A DNA stretch of 64,000 nt from assembly GCA_964016885.1 (NCBI GenBank), contig OZ024740.1:353214001-353278000 (forward strand), in the 5' to 3' direction. The translations under genes and the position numbers were made by a program. Positions 1 to 15,143 of the stretch are shown here, piece by piece. The notes under the pieces were generated by a model, which had not been told where the DNA came from, ran no database searches, and was given only the letters and a program-made list of their open reading frames with translations. Origin of the DNA: Eledone cirrhosa (Eukaryota). Position 1 is the first letter of the stretch; each line of letters starts with the position of its first letter.

Positions 1-55
1 ATATATATATATATATATATATATATTAATATTACTATATATATATATATATATT

Positions 56-340
56 TAATATTATTCAAAATGTTAATAAATGAAAAATATTCTCATAATC
101 AAAATATATATTTTATCATACATATTTCAAAGGTACAACGGTGTTCAAGTACGTTTTCATCAGACAAAATATATGATTTGATATGTGACATACCGCTACG
201 GTTTTGACACATATCAAATCATATATTTTATCTGATGAAAACGTACTTAAACACCGTTGTACCTTTGAAATATGTATGATGAAATATATATTTTGATTAT
301 GAGAATATTTTTCATTTATTAACATTTTGAATAATATTAA
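56..340. repeat. Fold-back hairpin (~135 bp arms) of a pLTR-like sequence carrying an HHR-like core
   Basis: 56-~190 is the reverse complement of ~205-340. The + arm has CTGATGA-AAACGTAC..GTACCTTT-GAAA (232-270). A unique tail runs to the (TA)n at ~432. Confidence 0.8.
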
Positions 341-427
341 AAAGTTCAGGAAAATCCGCTGTTGAGTGCTTCTAATCTATTGTAATATTGTATTCGTTGA
401 GTAATCATCGAACCATATTACTCATTG

Positions 428-612
<185 letters not shown>

Positions 613-811
613 CAACTACTTATCGCTCTACACGACTGAATAAAATAAAAGTAATCTAAGTTTTTCGAATATTAATAATTGTTTCTACTTTAGGCACAAG
701 GCCACCAATTACTCAGTGCATTACTGGTACTTTATTTTATCGACCCCGTAAGGATGAATAATATTAATAATAATATTCGATTTGTTTGCAATTATGCAAA
801 CCGCCTCTTTT

Positions 812-1050
812 AAGCCATGTCAGTAGAATGAGCCCCTCATTCTTGCTCTTGTGTTGGCAGATTTTACGTGCAAAACCAACCGGCAGAAGACCCAGAGTTA
901 GACCCCCGAGAAAGATGGTTGCATAACATCCAAGAGCTTGGCTGGTCTCACTTGGTGATCCAGCCAGATCAGTTGGAGACGGTTGCTTCTGACAGGACCC
1001 GCTGGGAGGAGGGTTTGAGAACTCAGCCCCCACAATCCTCTCAGGAATAA
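812..1050 (+). pseudogene. RTE-clade LINE ORF2 3' end fragment
   Basis: Frameshifted translation HVSRM...KPTGRRPRVRPRERWLHNI...VASDRTRW matches the RTE C-terminal GHVxRM/GxRxRGRP/AxDRxxW pattern. Confidence 0.6.
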
Positions 1051-1758
1051 GTGGGCGAAGAAGAAAAAGAGAATAAGAAGAATAGAGATGACTACTGTTT
1101 CTGCTGGCTTTGTTGGGGTCAATTATATGGGGTAAATACAAAAAAAAAACATTTTGATGTTAATGGAATTCCTAGTCATTGAAGTCTTGCACATATCAGA
1201 CTCTCTCATGACGAAGACAATGACAAAATCTTAAAGGACAAAGCAACTGAAAGAAGCTATACGTCTAGAAACAACAAGAACAATTATATGGATATTTGAT
1301 AGACTAGCTCGATTGTGGCATCAACGAAATGGTGGCAGAGAACAATTTCGAACAACATGTGCACGAGGTAGAAAGAACCATCAGTATCAGATACTGCTAT
1401 ATGTAAATATCAAAAAGACAAAAGTTATAGTGTAAGAGAAACTGCAATTGAAGCTGATACTTACGTAGAAAACTTCAAAATAATGCAAATGACTTCTATT
1501 ACGTATCTTGGTGAAGAACTAAATGTCACAAACGAACACAAAGGAAATAAGGCAAATGCTAGTAATGACATGAACTACCAATACCTCAAACATCTGGAAA
1601 TATCTATCTATCTAAGAGCACCATCACCAAGTGACGATATTTATTTATAAGTCGACTTCCACTAGTTTATTTTGGCAGTCAAAAAGGATGTTTTAATGCA
1701 GCCAGCCTGCTAGAAATGGCAGCCAAAGAATAACACATTGGAGAATATGGTCCTATAT

Positions 1759-2051
1759 CAGTGGTTCTTAACCTTTTTTCTGTCGCGGTACACCTCGAGG
1801 TTTTGAAATTCCATTCCACACCCCTTTGGCCTAGTACATAAGACAAAAGAGCTTGCATTTTCAAGTCAAATTATCAGTTACTTAGCTGCTACTATTTACT
1901 TAATTAACTACTATGATTAATAAATACAATATTTTTTTAAATAACAGAAAATATCCAATCAAATATTTTAATCTTTAATGTGACTTCTGTTGTTGCCCCC
2001 CCCCCCCCCCCCACGGAACTGAATTTCGCACCCTTTGTTTAAGAACCACTG
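1759..2051. mobile_element. hAT-type MITE
   Basis: TIRs CAGTGGTTCTTAA / TTAAGAACCACTG, with a perfect 8-bp TSD TCCTATAT (1751-1758, 2052-2059). Confidence 0.9.
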
Positions 2052-2449
2052 TCCTATATACACAATAAAAACCACAACCCTTTATATACACTCTCTACTA
2101 TGAGACAAGATGTTTGTAGCTGGAATAAGTTTTATCATACGACTGTTGTTCAACTGGAGCTGGTCAATGTTTAAATTACAATTGTGAGTTCAATTAAGTT
2201 AGTTCTCCCACTCCTATTTTTCTGTACTTTGTTGACCTATTTACTGTCACAGCGTAACATGCTACACTTATGTGTAGAGCTTCACTCCTCCTTACCCACT
2301 TCGTTCAGGTGTCATCCACACGTAAGCTCAACATATCACGCTAGAAGCTAGACGTACACTACCTCATTGAATGGAAAAGCCCTAATAAAATCTTTCAATC
2401 AAAAGTAATAGACTGGTCTCCTTTATCTTACTAAAAATATATACATGAG

Positions 2450-2499
<50 letters not shown>

Positions 2500-3351
2500 C
2501 TCTCGCTAAATCAGACTACACCTTGTTTTTGAAAAGAAAGGCACATTGGAAAATGGAGTTCTCAATATACTATAACTGAAAAAAAAACGGGATGGCCACA
2601 GCTTGAATACTTTTGAACATAGGTCATCTCTCTCAGAGCAGTACTCGTACTAAATAAGTTTCTACATTTGGTACAAGGACAGCAATTTGAAGGGAAATAG
2701 AAAGTCATTTAAATCGACCCCAATGCGTTACTGGTACTTTATTTTATCGACCCCGTAAGGATGAGAGACAAAACTAACGTCGGCGGGATTTGAACTAAGA
2801 ACGTATAGAGTGGAACAAATACTGCTAAGCATTTATCCGACTCTCTGACAACTCTGCCAATCCACAGACCTACTAAATCGACCCAGTGCATAACTGGTGC
2901 TTTGTTTTATCAACCCCCGTAAGGATGAAAGGCAAAGTTAACCTCGACAGGATTTGAACGCAGAACGTAAAGAGGCGTAACTCTAAGCCGCGAAGCATGG
3001 ACAGACCTACTAAATAACAATAACAATTCTATATTATCAACATAAACAGGTGCATCAACTCTGCCGTTTAACAGGAAATGAGAATGCTTCTACTCAGTCT
3101 TTCAGCCTGCTTGAAACTACAACTAAGTCTCCCTCACATTAAACTTGAGCTTCTAAAACGGTGACTGACGTCTCAGACACTATTTCGGAAAAACAAGACG
3201 CCAGAGTCACAGCTGGAGTACTTTTTTTTATTATACATAGGTCATTCCAATTAAATTTGACCTGGCTAAGAATCAACTGGAAATTACTTTATCGAGTACG
3301 GTATGATTTTTAACGAAGCCTTGGAAAGCACAGTGCCTATAATGCGTGTAT

Positions 3352-3399
<48 letters not shown>

Positions 3400-4656
3400 C
3401 AGAGTAGCGATTTGTTTCTCGTTTGTTTGTTCCTTTTTTTAATCGCCGCAGTTCAGGACACTTGTAAATTTTCCATCACCTCACCAACCTGTTTTGCTAT
3501 TAACTGCTCCGATTTGGCATTAACTGAAACAAGCCAGTTAGCACAGAATTAGACAAAATTGGTAACAACGGATGGTATTAACGATTCAACTATTTGGTCG
3601 TCAAATATTTCAACAACTGTGCGCATTCAATAAGAAAATTGCTGAAAGTAGAGGAGATAGGCTGCAGAAGGAGAGCGGCTGAGCGGAGATGAGATGGAAA
3701 GAGTATAGTAGAGAGGAATAAAAAGAGAGTAAAAGAAGAAAAAAAAGCAGAGAACCAAATAAACTAAAAGAGAGAAGGAAAGAAAGAAAAGAAATGAAAA
3801 AAATGAAAGAAATAAAGTAGAGTAGGAAAGCGAAATGGTTGAACATAAAGACCAAATAAATAATGCAAGTGTGAGAACATTAAGAGAAAAATAAAAGCAT
3901 GTGAAATAGAGGCGAGAGAGTGTGGTTATGAGGCGAGTAAGGGGAGAAATAGATAGAAGTAAACAAGGTGAAAGAACAATAATGGATAGGAGTAGGAAAT
4001 AAAATGAGGAAGAGAAAATGATTGAAAACAAGCAGACGATATAGAAGAAAAGAGATCGACAAAGAGAGAAGAAAAAGAGAATTATAGAAATTGCAAGAGA
4101 GAAAGAGAGAGGAGAGAAAACAAAGTGTGAAATATTTAGAAAGGAGGAGGAATAATGTATTTTACTGGGGAATTTGGTTCTAACAAGTGAACAGCAGTTA
4201 AATTCCAAAATAATTGTCCTCCAACATATTTATGGAACTGAGTAAGCCTAGCTGTTTGAAAAATACATAATTAGTGTCGTCTGTGCTTAGTTAACAGACA
4301 TAGACTAAATGTATTTCCAATTGCTTGTAGACTGTGCTAAAATAGTTCATTGGAGAGAGGTGTTTATACTTAGGTACATATATGCATTACGTACAACTTC
4401 AGGGTGAGAAAAATGTTGTTTATACACAGAAAAGCACCGATTAACACGGTTGATTCGTTTCATGAAAACAGTGCTGTAATCGAAATGCTGCTAATTGAAC
4501 ATCGTATCAAATTCTTTTATAGGCATTGTGTTAATGCGTTGTTCATTTTCATCGACTTCTTTGTTGTACACTTCTATATATGCACGCCGTTGAACTAAAT
4601 TAACGGTGCCGCATTTCTCACCTGTATTTATTTCATCCATAATTACTGCGTTGTGA

Positions 4657-4975
4657 AGGCGTGTAGCCTAGCGGGTAAAGTATTGAAGTCACCGTGGTTA
4701 AGTCATGAATTCAATTCGTACATGGAGGCCCGTTGTGTCCTTGAGCAAGACACTTTATATCACGTTACTCCAGTCCTCTCAACTGATAAATAAAAATAGT
4801 TTTCATAACAATGGTGTCAAGTTGTATTGGTCAATTCCCTTTCCTTTGGATAACATTTGTGGCATAATAAGAAGAGACTGGTATACTCAGAAAATGCTGG
4901 TCTTTCACAAAACACCTTCCCCGGGCTCGTACTTCGGAAAGGAACTTTCTAGGCGCAAACTCATGGTCAGTTAAG
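4657..4975 (+). mobile_element. tRNA-derived SINE (second family; related copy 18674-18810)
   Basis: A-box-like head GGCGTGTAGCCTAGCGG and central TGTGTCCTTGAGCAAGACACTT. The same core occurs at 18757-18775. Confidence 0.6.
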
Positions 4976-6476
4976 GTGTCCATAGGAATATATTACTAAT
5001 TAGTTATTGCTTAGCTTTTCAATAATGTCCTGTAAAACGCATGTATCTCTCTAATGGTATCTCTTTCAAGCATATTGCTGCACGGTTGTTGTGTGGGCCG
5101 ATGCCCTTTCCATGAAATATTGAGAGTGACTCCTCCAGGTGGTTCGTGAATACCCAAGAAGTGGACGAGTATAATAGCGCTAATTAGACAGTGGAACGGA
5201 AGAAGCTTTTCATAAGATCATTTGAAAGTGAGGACTTCCAGAGAACACTGAGGGCATTAACATGCTTTTGCTAGACAAAGTTTTACATCACACTTCAAAG
5301 GAGGGTCATTTAGGCATGGGTAAAAATTAGAGAGATTACAAGGATAGCAGTAAAATATCTACTAAAAATGGTTGCTGAACCATATCCAGCTAGAACACGA
5401 AGAGTTCTTGCATAGATACCAAAATGAATTCAGAAAAATCGGTCTCCTGTTGGACAGATGTTGATAGTCAGACTTCCCCCAAAAGCCTTTGATTCTAACC
5501 ACCGAGGCAAAATGAAATAAATCGCAGCATTTTGGCAATCGATATTATAATATATAACACGCTTGTGTATTTGTCCGTCACAAGTGATGGCTGGGGAAGT
5601 AAGTGTGATAACAAACTGAGAAAGGAAGGGGTGATAACGTCGACTGAGAAAGGAAGAGGTGATAACGTCGACTGAGAAAGGAAGAGGTGATAACGTCGAC
5701 TTAGGAAGGAAGGGGTGGCAGCGTCCAATATTCGCTACATCTGTGTGTGTCTATATGTATGGCAAATTGGCTACACACATTGGCTGTTATGATTATATGT
5801 GTGTTTGTGTGCGTGAATATGTGTGTTTGTGTAAATTATATTTATATATAATATTTGTGTGAGTGTATATGTGTTTGTGTGTGTTTATTTAGAAAGATAC
5901 ATAGACAATAGAATTACAAATACACATGCATCTACACATACATTTATATATAAACAGACACACTTAGAAAAAATAATTATTATATACACACAGATCTATG
6001 TGATGACTGAGGAAGGAGGAGGTAAGAAACTATAGAAGTCCAGCGTTCTAAGATTCGTCACAGCTGTGTGTGTGTGTGTATGTTTGTATCAATTGTGTCA
6101 GTGAGTGCGAAGGAAACAACCAACCAACAAACATCTTTTTTTTTATATTATGTATACATATTACAATTAGCCGTCATTCTTTACGGCACGGGGACAGCAA
6201 GTATTATAATAAAAGCGTTGTCTGTCTGCCCGACCATCTGTCCTTCCGTCCATCACGCTCACTTTATATAGAGAGGGGAAGCGCCAAGCGAGAGATATGT
6301 ACATCGATAGAGAGAGAAAAGGGAATGCCGTGTGTTTTCGGGATGACAGAAAGAGGTAGATAGGCCGAAACTTATGATGTCACCCTCGTCTATATAGAGA
6401 GAGGGAGAGCGCCAAACGACAGATATGTACATAAATAGAAAGAAAAGGAACGTCATTTATTGAGAGAGAGAGAGAG

Positions 6477-6667
<191 letters not shown>

Positions 6668-7037
6668 AAAAGGGAGAAGATGTCGCCCTCATCTAGTGCT
6701 CTATAAAATGTAGGATCGTCATAAAAAGATCATTCTAACATTTCGAGCAATTTTGAGAATTTTAGTTTATGTGTTGTCCATGAATTAGGTAATGAATGAG
6801 TGGACCCTCTGTCGGTTCCTATGATGCGTATTCTAAATGTCCAATCAACTGAAATGCCTACTCTTTGAATTAGTACGTAAGAGGCTGAATATTCAACAGG
6901 TACGTATGCCCTTATTGCAATGTTCACGGAGATTCAGGTTATTATAGTGTGTGAGTGAATAACAAAACGGACAATTTATATTTCCGGTACAGAACATCCG
7001 ATAGGCTTCTACGAAATTTCTTTCAACCAAATTACAC

Positions 7038-7232
7038 CAGACCTGCCAACCTCTAAAAACACAAACAGGGAGTACCATGAAAAAAGGTGCCCCAAAACGG
7101 GGAGAAATGATGCAAAATGTGGCGATTTTACATAATGAAAGCTATACTCATTTTCACAGGAGAAGACATCTCTCACCCACCCTAAAGTGGGTCGGAGATC
7201 TCCCCGTCGGACGAGGAGAGTTGACAGGTCTG
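7038..7232 (+). mobile_element. MITE family with CAGACCTGCCAAC TIRs
   Basis: TIRs CAGACCTGCCAAC / GTTGACAGGTCTG. Other copies at 11885-12048 (TSD TCTGATC), ~12520-12658, 26315-26592 (-), ~30036-30236, ~36953-37149 (-) and 45062-45190. Confidence 0.85.
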
Positions 7233-7354
7233 TTACATTCTCAGTACTTGGGTCGATCCAAAGTTATAGAAAAAGACCTCAAAATGCCGTTCAGTGGGAT
7301 TGAATCCTCATGATTACGAAGTGATATTCTGAGACAAACATGCTTGCATTTGAA

Positions 7355-7533
7355 TTGGCAGTATCGGTAGAGGGTCCGACGCCATGCTTTCCAGCATAGT
7401 TACGTCCCTTTACGATCTGAGTTCAAATCCCGCCGAGGTTGACTTTGCCTTTCATCCTTACGGGGTCAATAAAATAAAGTACCAGTAATGCACTGGGTAT
7501 TTGCTGGCCTTGTGCCTAAAGCAGAAACAATTA
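7355..7533 (+). mobile_element. tRNA-derived SINE (main family)
   Basis: A box TGGCAGTATCGG, B box GAGTTCAAATCCC, core GACTTTGCCTTTCATCCTTACGGGGTC, tail CCTTGTGCCTAAAG. More than 12 copies in the window. Confidence 0.9.
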
Positions 7534-7986
7534 TGAATAGTAAAAGTGTAGTGAATCACTGTTTCGATATTGTATGAAATTAGATTATAATATTCTTGTT
7601 GGACGATATTTTCGAAACCTTTCTTCATGGAAGTGATGCAAGTCTGTTTAAGTAACAGACTTAGGTAACAGATACTCGATAACTGAGTCATTACTTACCT
7701 TCTTCAAAGATATATTTCAAAACTACAATTAAACTGCTTGCTATACAAGAAGTTGGACAACTTGTTTGAATTATGTGCTTAGATTGCTCTAATCTTTCAG
7801 CAAACACTCCTTATATTTGGTCTAGCAATCTATTGAAGCAGTATGTTGAAACAAATTACTAGGAATCTTTTGTAAACATTGTTGTTATTATTATTATATA
7901 TATCTACACTCCTCCGCGACTAAATTCCTCTGATACAAATATGTGACATTTGCCAATGAAAGCAATCACTATATTGCAGATATTTA

Positions 7987-8165
7987 TTGGCAGTATCGGT
8001 AGAGGGTCGGACGCCATGCTTTCCAGCATAGTTACGTCCCTTTACGATCTGAGTTCAAATCCCGCCGAGGTTGACTTTGCCTTTCATCCTTACGGGGTCG
8101 ATAAAATAAAGTACCAGTAATGCACTGGGTAATTGCTGGCCTTGTGCCTAAAGTAGAAACAATTA
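7987..8165 (+). mobile_element. tRNA-derived SINE (main family)
   Basis: Near-identical to 7355-7533. Confidence 0.9.
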
Positions 8166-8817
8166 TATTATTTTATCATAGCTGTTGTTGTTGGATCAAG
8201 TCGACCACCAGTTGTGAAATTTTGTAGAAACCACGAAAATATTGCGTCTGAGAAATCTCTCTATATTTATGTTGGAGGGCATATGAAAGCACACACTATA
8301 TGTTTATATACAATAAACATGAGAGCCTCGCTATCGAAGAAAAAATATTTTTTGGTTATGAAAAAATTATTTTTCTCTGTTTTGCTCTATGAACATGTTA
8401 CAGATATCTCAGTTGCGTTGAGAATGCCAGACAGCTGTTCCATGATTCGTTAATCTCTTAACAGGTATGGAGACGAAACTATATTAGAGTCTATATAGAT
8501 TTTGTGTGATAAACATTTGCTGGAGATGCTCATTTGCATATAACAAATAGAAAACATCGGCTGCAAATGTTCTTTTGTATATAGTGCAAACGTGGCTGGT
8601 TATAATTAATTGGCAGTAGCATTAAGATAGCATTAAGCATAATATGAGTGTATATAAATATAACTTTGATAACTTTGATAGATTTCAGCCAGTATTGGCC
8701 CAAGCCTTGTCTAACTTAATAGCACCACATGTATATATGTATATATGAAAACCACGTAATAACTATATTTATATATGAAAGCCACGTAAAAACTGTGTAT
8801 GTGAGTGAGTGCGCGTC

Positions 8818-8859
<42 letters not shown>

Positions 8860-8860
8860 G

Positions 8861-8920
<60 letters not shown>

Positions 8921-9203
8921 CAATATCAATGACCCTTAGTGGATGGCAATAAAAATTTTATAGGATTTGCTCAAGTCTGTAATTTACCCCGTTTCCTTCC
9001 TTTTTACGTTATCTTGCATCCGACAGAAAATATAACAATAGCAATGACAACAACCAAATAACGACATTCTTGACATAACTGAGAACATATCAAGGGTTTT
9101 CTGTGATATTATGATAAATGTTCTTAATCAAGAAGCTCTCTGTGTTAAATTTCTACTTTTACTTGAATAATAATAGTTTCTTGAATCCCCACCCCCGTTT
9201 ATA

Positions 9204-9367
<164 letters not shown>

Positions 9368-9390
9368 TTTTGTTAAGGCTAAATAATGAG

Positions 9391-9440
9391 TCTTGTTACT
9401 CTGGAGTTTCGCCTATTTATCACAGGGTCATCAGACAAGA
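9391..9440 (-). ncRNA. Minimal type I hammerhead ribozyme
   Basis: Minus strand TCTTGT-CTGATGA-CCCT(GTGATAAAT)AGGC-GAAA-CTC(CA)GAG-TA-ACAAGA, with all three stems and a GUA site. Decayed copy at 26172-26211. Confidence 0.8.
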
Positions 9441-9467
9441 ACTCATATATATATATATATATATATA

Positions 9468-9590
9468 TAATAAATAGCACAATATAATTTCCTTATAACC
9501 GCAGAATGCTCAACTTATCGGGCTGGCATCTTCCAGCCCGATAAGTTGAGCACTCTACGGTTATAGGAAATTATATTGTGTTCTTTATTA
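9468..9590. repeat. Fold-back hairpin abutting (TA)n
   Basis: ~58-bp arms around loop CATCTT (9527-9532). Unique tail to ~9655. Confidence 0.85.
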
Positions 9591-9660
9591 TGTAATTAAA
9601 TAGCTCTGTACTATACATATAGCACTCTTCTTTCCTTTACCTTTTCTACGGAAATACATA

Positions 9661-9722
<62 letters not shown>

Positions 9723-10658
9723 CAGTTAACCCCAATACTGGTACATTGTTCTATCGATTTCTAAAAGATAAAAGGTAAAGTTGACCTGCGCTGGATTTGA
9801 ACTCAGGGAGAAAAGAGCCGCAACGAATACCACAAAGCAGTCTATCCAGATGACTCTGCCAATTCTCCGCTTTTATATCTATAAATATATAAAGAAAACA
9901 TAAACACTGAAAACACTTAAATTCCGGGTCCCAAATAAAAGGGGGTATGGACATTTGCTTAAATTCTTATAAGCGGCCGGCGGGGAGGGGGGAGGGGGGG
10001 GGGGGGGGGGGTAATTGTATAGTGTACGTTCGTTAAAAGGGGTTTCTTGTATTGTTCTTTTTTTTGCCATATATAATGTTTTTTTTATGTAAAATAAATT
10101 TATTATTAGATTCTTCATCTGCTGTATCGATGAGTCACAATAAAATTTCGCCGGAGATAGATTATCAAAATTTAATAAGCGGGGTGGGGGTGGAAAAATC
10201 TAAAAAATTAATTAATAAGCGGAGGGGCGATTATTCAATACCTGAGAGTAAATTCCGGTTTAAACTTTTTTCCTAGCCAAAAGTATGACTTTTTTCTGTG
10301 ACATTTTTCTTATGATTTTATGTCCATTCATCCTTCATATCACACCCTACCGTCACAAAAAAGAACTAGTTCAAACAAGGTTTATTTTAAAGAACTGCAA
10401 AAATCTTTGAGGCATCTGCCGTGACCCAGTTTTTTATATTTCCTTAGTCTGAGAAGCATTTTTAACATGTTATGAGTGTTTTAAGTCTTTTAACTACCAT
10501 GTAAGAGTGAGTAGAACTTGACACAAACTTAGTATACAATATTAGATTTAAAACTACATAAGCAGTCACTGATTTCAAAAATAAAAGTGTCGATGACCAT
10601 AGGTGGAATACCTTTCTCCTTAGATCTGCTTAGTCAAGGCCGAACAACAACATAGACT

Positions 10659-10880
10659 CACATTCACAAACACACATTCACAAACACACATTCACAAACA
10701 CACATTCACAAACACACATTCACAAACACACATTCACAAATACACATTCACAAACACACATTCAAAAACACACATTCACAAACACACATTCACAAACACA
10801 CATTCACAAACTCACATACTCACACACACATTCACAAACTCACATACTCACACACACATTCACATACTCACACACACTCA
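10659..10880. repeat. 14-bp minisatellite (CACATTCACAAACA)n
   Basis: Direct inspection. Confidence 0.9.
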
Positions 10881-11079
10881 CACAAAATAAATATATAGTG
10901 TCGATGAATAGATTTCTGTTTTGAATGAAACCTATGATTTTGTTATGCAGCAATTTGCTCCGCTTGTTTTTCTTTCTTTTTTTCTTCATAATGCGCAGTT
11001 AACCACGACGATTACACACGCGCGCGTGCGCATACACACACACATATAATGGCCACAACTCGATTTCAAGCAATGCCAT

Positions 11080-11410
11080 CGTTTGACACTCCTCTTAAGT
11101 ATGTACAGTGCGGACGTAACCTTTTAGTCTCGTTAGGGATCCACATGCTTTTGTATAGTGCACTAGGTATTACGGTGCTGCTTTGGTGCACTTTCATTCC
11201 ACTAATTTAGGCATATTCTTTTCCACACACCCTGCAGACAGAAATGCCGTCAAATGCACAGTTGACAGGGTCCTTGTGCGTGTGGCTTCTTTGATGACTT
11301 CTAAAGCCTGCCTTACTTAGACATAACTGGCCATATTCTTTACAAGTTAAATCGACCCGTATGGCAAGATAATTAGACAAACTGACTTCAATGCTCTTCG
11401 AGCACACCGC
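11080..11410 (-). pseudogene. LINE (RTE-like) C-terminal CCHH zinc-finger remnant
   Basis: ORF 11207-11407 contains CKEYGQLCLSKAGFRSHQRSH and CRVCGK. Confidence 0.45.
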
Positions 11411-13075
11411 TTGAATTGTTCATGTTTAACTATCTTCTTCCATAAAAGCGATCTAGAAGGTTCTCACTGCCATTCTCCAATATTTTCTTAAATATCACAT
11501 ATGATAAAACTGAGTTGACATAGATATGTGTATTATATAACACCCACTCACAATAATATTCAGCACGAATATGATATTGTGTTTTCTTAATATGTTTTTA
11601 TTCTTTATATAATCGTGACGTTTTTGTAAATACCACGAATAACAATTCCTCTTGTCAGCTGTAGAAGGAATATGTCTGGGGAAAAACTTCTAGCCACTCT
11701 GGAATATATGTCTATCATAAATAGACCAGCTTGATCAAGTTGACCTGGGCCCAGTGCTGGCACCAGGATTTTTAGCACCCTTGACCAGTGTTACAATGGG
11801 TGTCCCCTTCTCCCAAATAAAATAATTTCAATTTACAGTTTGATAAGTTGGCGAACATAGTTTTTGACACTCCTTGCTCTGATCCAGACCTGCCAACTTC
11901 TAAAATCCCACACGGAAAAAAAGTGGCCCCAAATGGGGAGAAATGAAGCAAAATGGGGAGATTTAACATAATGAAAGCTCTACCGATTTTCACAAGAGAA
12001 GACATCTCTTACTCACCCCTCGTCGGACGGGAAGAGTTGACAGGTCTGTCTGATCACACTAAGCATTTTCCACCACACATTTCACTCTCATCGCCACTAA
12101 ATCATGTGATAGGTTATAAAATGCCTTCAAAGTTTTGCTACAGCATGGTCGTAATCTAATAACCAGTAAAAAATATATATTCATGGGTGGACTGAAAAGT
12201 TCATTGGCGGACTATGAAGGAGCGATCGATGCGAGAGATGTCAAATCCTGCATGCTTTAATTTCAACTCATCTGATCAATAACTTCATTGTTGCTTTCCA
12301 GAGACTATGTTGAAAAATAAAGCTCATTTGGTCATTTCCTGAGAGTATCTTGGTCAGACTATGAACTTTTCAGACGATCATCATTCATATAAATATCACA
12401 TATGACAAAACTGAGTTAACATAGATATGTGTATTATATAACACCCACTCACAATAATATTCAGCACGTATATGATAGTGTGTTTTCTTAATATGTTTTA
12501 ATTCTTTATATAATGATGCCCTCAAATCGGGAGAAATGAACCAAAATGGGGAGATTTTACATTATGAAAGCTATACCCATTTTCACAAGAGACATCTCTC
12601 ACCAACCCCAAAGTGAGTGGGAGGTCTCCCCGTCGGACGGGAAGAGTTGACAGGTCTGTCTGATCACACTATGCATTTTCCCCCACACATTTCACACTCA
12701 CGCCACTAAATCATGTGATAGGTTATAACACCGTACGACCTTCTCCGCCGCTTCGTATATTTCCACAACGCTGTTATACGGCAAAGATGTTTAGTGCTGC
12801 ATTTATTGATCCCAGAAAATCTTTTTATATCTAATTTAATTGTATATAGTTATATATATATCAATGATCCTTTAAGATTCAGTAATGTCCCTCACTCATG
12901 TTTGCGCCCTGGGCGGCTGCCTAGTTGGCCTTAATGGAAACGCCGGCACCTACTATATTTACCGTTTATAATAAAGTATTGTGTTATCTGAATTCAGTAT
13001 TTTTTATGTTGACAAACCGCAATAGCTGACCCTGTTCTCTTTTTCTCTCACTCACTCACTCTCTCTCTCCCTCTC

Positions 13076-13135
<60 letters not shown>

Positions 13136-13239
13136 AATAAATATTTGCTCTACGGTTCTTATATATTTGATATATATTTATCCTTATCGAGCCCTCTTTG
13201 GATTTTAGTCTTCACATTTATTATTATTACTATATATAT

Positions 13240-13310
<71 letters not shown>

Positions 13311-13981
13311 AAATATATATTAGCAGCGCCTGCTGCGCTGTCTGGGGCAAACAAAGAAGAGCGACCTGTCTGGAATGCTTTTCTTCGTAGATAAACTAGC
13401 TCTACCAAACTGACATGGCGCTAAAATTACAGTCAGAAGAACATTAGGAGAAACAACGAATTATTTCTAAGACGAAAATCTTGTTTTCAGTGACGTAATA
13501 TTTCAAATGATAATTAATATTAATGATTACCACCATTGCCACAATTTCACAAGTGTTAAGGGGAAAAGCGTGTAGTCGATTAGATCGACCTCATTATATA
13601 TTATTTCTTTCCTTGTGTGCTGAGTTAATAATTGCTCTTTCATTTTCTTATAAATGTATACAGCCTGGAATTTTGTGACTGACACAAGAATGTTCCATTC
13701 TTTTCTATTTTATTAGTCACCCATTAGCTGTGGCATAGCAACTGTTTCTCTTTAATTACTTCTGGGTACTTCAGACATAGCTCTAGTGGAACATATATGT
13801 ATATATGTACAAATAAATAAATACATTAAAACACTTTATGGGTAATTTGATTATGTACATTAGAAGAAGGACTGCAGGCTTATGTGATATGTGTGTATGT
13901 GGGTGTGTGGATGGGTAAGTATACACACATACATTCATACATGCATACATACATACATACATACATACATACATACATACA

Positions 13982-14012
<31 letters not shown>

Positions 14013-14166
14013 GTGTAATATGATATAGAAACTCGTTTAACAGAAATAATGGAAGGGGTTAAGGAAACATTAGGATAGTGTATATGTGTGTGTATGTATA
14101 TGTATATATATATATATATATAAGTGTAAGTCAACAGGTTAAAATTAACTTCGTTTATTCATAGTC

Positions 14167-14225
14167 GCTATTATATATATTTCAGTGATAACCATTATGT
14201 AACAGCTATGATCTCATCAGACAGC
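14167..14225 (-). ncRNA. Type I hammerhead ribozyme, long stem II
   Basis: GCTGT-CTGATGA-GATC ATAGCTGTTA(CA)TAATGGTTAT CACT-GAAA-TATATA-TA-ATAGC. Confidence 0.7.
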
Positions 14226-14429
14226 TAGAATTTAAACAGAAAAACCATAGCTATATATATATATATAATTATAAAATAACAGTAGGCTGGACTGGTGTAG
14301 TTCCTTAAAAGGTTTATTATAATATGATCATTTCAAGGTGTATACGGAATGACCAGTTCTATCCAGTGGTGAACCAACAAACATAAATAAATATATATAT
14401 ATATATATTTATTTATATATATATATATA

Positions 14430-15030
14430 AGTATTATACGTACATACATATATGTATACAGACGTACAGTAGTATGTATATACATACATACATGCACACA
14501 TATATATATATATGTACGTATGGGTTTACCGAACATTTATTATAAGGCACGGTTTGTTTGTAAACAAACAGCCCGAATTAAGCCGTACAGTGTTCGGCAA
14601 CCATCGTTGCCCTTTTGTTCAACACTGACAAAGGAACGATGAACTAGTTTCTAGCTTATTAGCTGTCATCGGCACCGTATACCTTCCTGTCAGTCGATTG
14701 AACGTTTGAAAGTATATACTTTCCTTATGCATATTAACGGCTGAGCAGCCTAATTTGCATATCGAGTGAGTTAGTCGGCCAGGCGTACTGAAAACGATAA
14801 ATGGAAAAAATGAAATTTCATTTCTCACTCTTAGTACGGCTGATACTTAAATATAAGTATGTATACGTACATGCATATATGTATACAGACGTACAGTAGT
14901 ATGTATATACGATGGTTGCCGAACACTGTACGGCTTAATTCGGGTTGTTTGTTTACAAACAAACCGAGCATTATAATAAATGTTCGGTAAACCCATACGT
15001 ACATATATATATGTGTGCATATATGTATAT
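14430..15030 (-). mobile_element. HHR-bearing ~427-bp tandem unit (retrozyme/pLTR family A) with an inverted terminal segment
   Basis: Direct repeat at 14436 and 14863. HHR-like motif 14636-14678 with core mutated to CCGATGA. ~14910-15030 is an inverted copy of ~14490-14607. Confidence 0.7.
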
Positions 15031-15143
15031 ACTAGCTGCATACAATGAATAAGATCAAGTGACTACACAGAAGTCACCTTAATGACTCATGCGGTCCCTA
15101 ATTTAAAGAATGTAGAACATTTTTTAGGAAGATTTGCCTGCTA

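Noticed and set aside
3610-4208. Hydrophobic 193-aa ORF resembling a membrane protein
   Set aside because: It is the antisense reading of an AG-rich low-complexity tract, with no motifs or splice evidence.
7355-7435. tRNA genes at A/B-box motifs
   Set aside because: They are SINE heads continuing into a shared core and tail, with no intact cloverleaf.
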